Source of the DNA: Eledone cirrhosa
Lineage: Eukaryota
Direction of reading: 5' to 3'
Length of the DNA stretch: 64,000 nt
Assembly: GCA_964016885.1 (NCBI GenBank)
Contig: OZ024744.1
Span: 120,838,001 to 120,902,000 of the forward strand
Part shown: positions 57,601 to 64,000 of the stretch, in pieces
Layout: each line of letters begins with the position of its first letter
Position numbering within the stretch: position 1 is the stretch's first letter
Notes under the pieces: generated by a model
What the model was told of the DNA's origin: nothing
What the model saw: the letters and a program-made list of their open reading frames with translations, nothing else
Database searches by the model: none
Translations under genes and position numbers: made by a program

Positions 57601-60600
57601 AGCTGTGATCTCTCAATTCAGAGATTCTTTCCTGAGACATTCTAAACACGTCATAGTATCAGAGCTGTAATATCTCAATTCAGAGATTCTTTCATGAGAC
57701 ATTCTAACCACATGTCATAGTATCAGAGCTGTGATCTCTCAATTCAGAAATTCTTTCCTGAGACATTCTAACCACATGTCATAGTATCAGAGCTGTGAAC
57801 TCTCAATTCAGAGATTCTTTTCTTATACATTCTAACCACATGTCATAGTATTAGAGCTGTGATCTCTCAATTCAGAGATTCTTTCCTGAGACATTCTAAC
57901 CACGTCATAGTATCAGAGCTGTGATATCTCAATTCAGAGATTCTTTCATGAGACATTCTAACCACATGTCATAGTATCAGAGCTGTGATCTCTCAATTTA
58001 GATATTCTTTCCTGAGACATTCTAACCACATGTCATAGTATCAGAGCTGTGATCTCTCAATTCAGAGATTCTTTCCTGAGACATTCTAACCACATCTCAT
58101 AGTCTAAGAGCTGTGATATCTCAATTCAGAGATTCTTTCCTGAGACATTCTAACCGCATGTCATAGAATCAGAGCTGTGATCTCTCAATTCAGAGATTCT
58201 TTCCTGAGACGTTCTAATCACATGTCATAGTATTAGAGCTGTGATCTCTCAATTCAGAGATTCTTTCCTGAGAAATTCTAACCTCATGTCTGTAGTATCA
58301 GAGCTGTGATCTCTCAATTCAGAGAATCTTTCCTGAGACATTCTAATTCCATGTCATAGTATCAGAGCTGTGATCTCTCAATTCAGAGATTCTTTCCTGA
58401 GACATTCTAACCACATGTCATAGTATCAGTGCTGTGATCTCTCAATATAGAGATTCTTTCCTGAGATATTCTAACCACATGTCATAGTATCAGAGCTGTG
58501 ATCTCTCAATTCAGAGATTCTTTCCTGGGATATTCTAACCACATGTGATAGTATCAGAGCTGTGATCTCTCAATTCAGATATTCTTTCCTGAGACATTCT
58601 AACCACATGTCATAGGATCAGAGTTGTGATCTCTCAATTCAGAGATTCTTTCCTGAGATATTCTAACCACATGTCATAGTATCAGAGCTGTGATCTCTCA
58701 ATTCAGAGATTCTTTCCTGAGACATTCTAACCACATGTCATAGTATTAGAGCTGTGATCTCTCAATTCAGAGATTCTTTCCTGAGAAATTCTAACCTCAT
58801 GTCTGTAGTATCAGAGCTGTAATCTCTCAATTCAGAGAATCTTTCCTGAGACATTCTTACTCCATGTCCACAGTATCAGAGCTGTGATCTCTCAATTCAG
58901 AGATTCTTTCCTGAGACATTCTAACCACATGTCATATTATCAGTGCTGTGATCTCTCAATATAGAGATTCTTTCCTGAGATACTCTAAACACATGTCATA
59001 GTATCAGAGCTGTGATCTCTCAATTCAGAGATTCTTTCCTAGGATATTCTAACCACATGTCCTAATATCAGAGCTGTGATCTCTCAATTCAGATATTCTT
59101 TCCTGAGACATTCTAACCACATGTCATAGTATCAGAACTGTGATCTCTCAATTCAGAAATTCTTTCCTGAGACATTCTAACCACATGTCATAGTATGAGA
59201 GCTGTGAACTCTCAATTCAGAGATTCTTTCCTGATACATTCTAACCACATGTCATAGAATCAGAGCTGTGATCTCTCAATTCAGAGATTCCTTCCTGAGA
59301 CATTCTAACCACATGTCATAGTATTAGAGCTGTGATCTCTCAATTCAGAGATTCTTTTCTGAGAAATTCTAACCTCATGTCTGTAGTATCAGAGCTGTGA
59401 TCTCTCAATTCAGAGAATCTTTCCTGGGATATTCTAACCACATGTGATAGTATCAGAGCTGTGATCTCTCAATTCAGAGATTCTTTCCTGAGACATTCTA
59501 ACCACATCTCATAGTCTAAGAGCTGTGATATCTCAATTCAGAGATTCTTTCCTGAGATATTCTAACTCCATGTCCACAGTATCAGAGCTGTGATCTCTCA
59601 ATTCAGAGATTCTTTCCTGAGACATTCTAACCACATGTCATAGTATCAGTGCTGTGATCTCTCAATATAGAGATTCTTTCCTGAGATATTCTAACCACAT
59701 GTCATAGTATCAGAGCTGTGATCTCTCAATTCAGAGATTCTTTCCTGGGATATTCTAACCACATGTGATAGTATCAGAGCTGTGATCTCTCAATTCAGAT
59801 ATTCTTTCCTGAGACATTCTAACCACATGTCATAGGATCAGAGTTGTGATCTCTCAATTCAGAGATTCTTTCCTGAGATATTCTAACCACATGTCATAGT
59901 ATCAGAGCTGTGATCTCTCAATTCAGAGATTCTTTCCTGGGATATTCTAACCACATGTGATAGTATCAGAGCTGTGATCTCTCAATTCAGATATTCTTTC
60001 CTGAGACATTCTAACCACATGTCATAGGATCAGAGTTGTGATCTCTCAATTCAGAGATTCTTTCCTGAGATATTCTAACCACATGTCATAGTATCAGAGC
60101 TGTGATCTCTCAATTCAGAGATTCTTTCCTGAGATATTCTAACCACATGTCATAGTATTAGAGCTGTGATCTCTCAATTCAGAGATTCTTTCCTGAGAAA
60201 TTCTAACCTCATGTCTGTAGTATCAGAGCTGTAATCTCTCAATTCAGAGAATCTTTCCTGAGACATTCTTACTCCATGTCCACAGTATCAGAGCTGTGAT
60301 CTCTCAATTCAGATATTCTTTCCTGAGACATTCTAACCACATGTCATAGTATCAGAACTGTGATCTCTCAATTCAGAAATTCTTTCCTGAGACATTCTAA
60401 CCACATGTCATAGTATGAGAGCTGTGAACTCTCAATTCAGAGATTCTTTCCTGATACATTCTAACCACATGTCATAGTATCAGAGCTGTAATATCTCAAT
60501 TCAGAGATTCTTTCATGAGACATTCTAACCACATGTCATAGTATCAGAGCTGTGATCTCTCAATTTAGATATTCTTTCCTGAGATATTCTAACCACATGT

Positions 60601-63600
60601 CATAGTATCAGAGCTGTGATCTCTCAATTCAGAGATTCTTTCCTGAGAACTTCTAACCACATGTCTGTAGTATCAGAGCTGTGATCTCTCAATTCAGAGA
60701 TTCTTTCCTGAGATATTCTAACCACATGTCATATTATCAGAGCTGTTATCTCTCAATTCAGAGATTCTTTCCTGAGACATCCTAACCACATGTCATAGTA
60801 TCAGAGCTGTGAACTCTCAATTCAGAGATTCTTTCCTGATACATTCTAACCACATGTCATAGTATTAGAGCTGTGATCTCTCAATTCAGAGATTCTTTCC
60901 TGAGACATTCTAACCACGTCATAGTATCAGAGCTGTGATATCTCAATTCAGAGATCCTTTCATGAGACCTTCTAACCACATGTCATAGTATCAGAGCTGT
61001 GATCTCTCAATTCAGAGATTCTTTCCTGAGACATTCTAACCACATGTCATAGTATTAGATCTGTGATCTCTCAATTCAGAGATTCTTTCCTGGGATATTC
61101 TAACCACATGTCATATTATCAGAGCTGTGATCTCTCAATTCAGAGATTCTTTCCTGAGACATTCTAACCTCATCTCATAGTCTAAGAGCTGTGATATCTC
61201 AATTCAGAGATTCTTTCCTGAGAACTTCTAACCACATGTCTGTAGTATCAGAGCTGTGATCTCTCAATTCAGAGATTCTTTTCTGAGATATTCTAACCAC
61301 ATGTCATAGTATCAGAGCTGTGATCTCTCAATTCAGAGATTCTTTCCTGAGACATTCTAACCACATGTCATAGTATCAGAACTGTGATCTCTCAATTCAG
61401 AAATTCTTTGCTGAGACATTCAAACCACATGTCATAGTAGCAGAGCTGTGAACTCTCAATTCAGAGATTCTTTCCTGATATATTCTAACCACATGTCATA
61501 ATATCAGAGCTGTGATCTCTCAATTCAGAGATTCTTTCCTGAGACATTCTAAACACGTCATAGTATCAGAGCTGTAATATCTCAATTCAGAGATTCTTTC
61601 ATGAGACATTCTAACCACATGTCATAGTATCAGAGCTGTGATCTCTCAATTTAGATATTCTTTCCTGAGATATTCTAACCACATGTCATAGTATTAGAGC
61701 TGTGATCTCTCAATTCAGAGATTCTTTCCTGAGACATTCTAACCACATGTCATAGTATCAGAGCTGTGATCTCTCAATTCAGAGATTCTTTCCTGAGACA
61801 TTCTAACCACATGTCATAGTATCAGAACTGTGATCTCTCAATTCAGAAATTCTTTCCTGAGACATTCTAACCACATGTCATAGTATCAGAGCTGTGAACT
61901 CTCAATTCAGAGATTCTTTTCTTATACATTCTAACCACATGTCATAGTATTAGAGCTGTGATCTCTCAATTCAGAGATTCTTTCCTGAGACATTCTAACC
62001 ACGTTATAGTATCAGAGCTGTGATATCTCAATTCAGAGATTCTTTCATGAGACATTCTAACCACATGTCATAGTATCAGAGCTGTGATCTCTCAATTCAG
62101 AGATTCTTTCCTGAGAACTTCTAACCACATGTCTGTAGTATCAGAGCTGTGATCTCTCAATTCAGAGATTCTTTTCTGAGATATTCTAACCACATGTCAT
62201 AGTATCAGAGCTGTGATCTCTCAATTCAGAGATTCTTTCCTGAGACATTCTAACCACATGTCATAGTATCAGAACTGTGATCTCTCAATTCAGAAATTCT
62301 TTGCTGAGACATTCAAACCACATGTCATAGTAGCAGAGCTGTGAACTCTCAATTCAGAGATTCTTTCCTGATATATTCTAACCACATGTCATAGTATCAG
62401 AGCTGTGATCTCTCAATTCAGAGATTCTTTCCTGAGACATTCTAAACACGTCATAGTATCAGAGCTGTAATATCTCAATTCAGAGATTCTTTCATGAGAC
62501 ATTCTAACCACATGTCATAGTATCAGAGCTGTGATCTCTCAATTCAGAAATTCTTTCCTGAGACATTCTAACCACATGTCATAGTATCAGAGCTGTGAAC
62601 TCTCAATTCAGAGATTCTTTTCTTATACATTCTAACCACATGTCATAGTATTAGAGCTGTGATCTCTCAATTCAGAGATTCTTTCCTGAGACATTCTAAC
62701 CACGTCATAGTATCAGAGCTGTGATATCTCAATTCAGAGATTCTTTCATGAGACATTCTAACCACATGTCATAGTATCAGAGCTGTGATCTCTCAATTTA
62801 GATATTCTTTCCTGAGACATTCTAACCACATGTCATAGTATCAGAGCTGTGATCTCTCAATTCAGAGATTCTTTCCTGAGACATTCTAACCACATCTCAT
62901 AGTCTAAGAGCTGTGATATCTCAATTCAGAGATTCTTTCCTGAGACATTCTAACCGCATGTCATAGAATCAGAGCTGTGATCTCTCAATTCAGAGATTCT
63001 TTCCTGAGACGTTCTAATCACATGTCATAGTATTAGAGCTGTGATCTCTCAATTCAGAGATTCTTTCCTGAGAAATTCTAACCTCATGTCTGTAGTATCA
63101 GAGCTGTGATCTCTCAATTCAGAGAATCTTTCCTGAGACATTCTAATTCCATGTCATAGTATCAGAGCTGTGATCTCTCAATTCAGAGATTCTTTCCTGA
63201 GACATTCTAACCACATGTCATAGTATCAGTGCTGTGATCTCTCAATATAGAGATTCTTTCCTGAGATATTCTAACCACATGTCATAGTATCAGAGCTGTG
63301 ATCTCTCAATTCAGAGATTCTTTCCTGGGATATTCTAACCACATGTGATAGTATCAGAGCTGTGATCTCTCAATTCAGATATTCTTTCCTGAGACATTCT
63401 AACCACATGTCATAGGATCAGAGTTGTGATCTCTCAATTCAGAGATTCTTTCCTGAGATATTCTAACCACATGTCATAGTATCAGAGCTGTGATCTCTCA
63501 ATTCAGAGATTCTTTCCTGAGACATTCTAACCACATGTCATAGTATTAGAGCTGTGATCTCTCAATTCAGAGATTCTTTCCTGAGAAATTCTAACCTCAT

Positions 63601-64000
63601 GTCTGTAGTATCAGAGCTGTAATCTCTCAATTCAGAGAATCTTTCCTGAGACATTCTTACTCCATGTCCACAGTATCAGAGCTGTGATCTCTCAATTCAG
63701 ATATTCTTTCCTGAGACATTCTAACCACATGTCATAGTATCAGAACTGTGATCTCTCAATTCAGAAATTCTTTCCTGAGACATTCTAACCACATGTCATA
63801 GTATGAGAGCTGTGAACTCTCAATTCAGAGATTCTTTCCTGATACATTCTAACCACATGTCATAGTATCAGAGCTGTAATATCTCAATTCAGAGATTCTT
63901 TCATGAGACATTCTAACCACATGTCATAGTATCAGAGCTGTGATCTCTCAATTTAGATATTCTTTCCTGAGATATTCTAACCACATGTCATAGTATCAGA
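51650..64000. repeat. 3388-bp (53-monomer) higher-order repeat in at least three full copies plus the start of a fourth, nested in an 8188-bp (128-monomer) super-unit
   Basis: A diagnostic junction (ACTCCATGTCCACAG...CAGATATT) lies at 52083, 55471, 60271 and 63659 (spacings 3388, 4800, 3388). GAGATCCTT lies at 52763, 56151 and 60951. AGAGCTGTTA is at 52551 and 60739 (offset 8188) but absent from the middle copy. Confidence 0.9.

Larger units (their letters stand above)
1..64000. repeat. Satellite DNA array, 64-bp monomer, about 1000 head-to-tail copies, extending beyond both window ends
   Basis: Monomer starts at 1, 65, 129, 193, 257, 321, 383 (after a 62-mer), 447 and 512 (after a 65-mer). 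The consensus CCACATGTCATAGTATCAGAGCTGTGATCTCTCAATTCAGAGATTCTTTCCTGAGACATTCTAA recurs through to position 64000 with only a few differences per copy. No unique or inverted segment was seen. Confidence 0.99.
1..64000. repeat. Tentative family assignment: WaluSat-like 64-nt satellite (human/primate acrocentric short arms)
   Basis: Seen: 64-bp unit, about 61% AT, CpG-free consensus, array longer than 64 kb. Recalled knowledge: WaluSat, described in the T2T-CHM13 repeat annotation (Hoyt et al. 2022), is a 64-nt AT-rich satellite with a very large array on chr14p. I have not aligned the consensus, and no flanking Alu is present in the window, so this is an inference from gross properties. Confidence 0.6.

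Noticed and set aside
1-64000. CRISPR array (64-65-bp period with a palindromic portion)
   Set aside because: The period resembles repeat plus spacer, but there are no unique spacers: the entire 64 bp is conserved between units. No cas genes or leader are present.
1-64000. Repeat-encoded protein or long tandem-repeat CDS
   Set aside because: 64 is not a multiple of 3, the consensus has several stop triplets (TAG, TGA, TAA), and the six-frame track shows only one short ORF.
1-64000. Alpha-satellite, CENP-B box, telomeric repeat or G-quadruplex array
   Set aside because: The unit is not 171 bp, there is no TTCG...CGGG CENP-B motif, and there are no G-tracts. CTAACC is only a single telomere-like hexamer per monomer, never tandem.
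1-64000. Tandem tRNA/SINE or other structured ncRNA gene array
   Set aside because: There are no Pol III A/B boxes, no cloverleaf and no consistent T4+ terminator. The only tRNA-related similarity is the 12-nt PBS-like motif reported as a finding.
1-64000. Variant order as a functional code or diversity-generating cassette system
   Set aside because: The variant patterns are accounted for by inherited point mutations plus in-register duplication and deletion. No enzyme gene, template/variable pair or hypervariable site is visible in the window.

Overview
The whole 64-kb window is one uninterrupted head-to-tail satellite array of about 1000 monomers. The 64-bp consensus is CCACATGTCATAGTATCAGAGCTGTGATCTCTCAATTCAGAGATTCTTTCCTGAGACATTCTAA (25/64 G+C, no CpG), and every monomer I read is in the same orientation. 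I found no genes, RNA genes, transposon insertions, inversions or CRISPR spacers; the single supplied ORF is a read-through artefact of the repeat. The informative signal is in the monomer variants. Fixed 62-, 64- and 65-bp types occur in a recurring order (a loose higher-order repeat of about 72-73 monomers, 4.6-4.7 kb). This order has been reshuffled by recent, nearly identical block duplications (offsets 1466, 2375, 3139, 1535, 5692, 3328, 3388 and 8188 bp), and there is a distinct variant-rich domain at about 9.2-16 kb. Monomer length, AT richness, CpG depletion and array size fit the primate acrocentric-arm satellite WaluSat as I recall it, but I cannot confirm this without a search. A competing lead is that each monomer carries CA followed by an 11/12 match to the plant tRNA-iMet primer-binding site. 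I found no evidence for a new protein-based or CRISPR-like system. All offsets were counted by hand from marker variants, and block boundaries are approximate.
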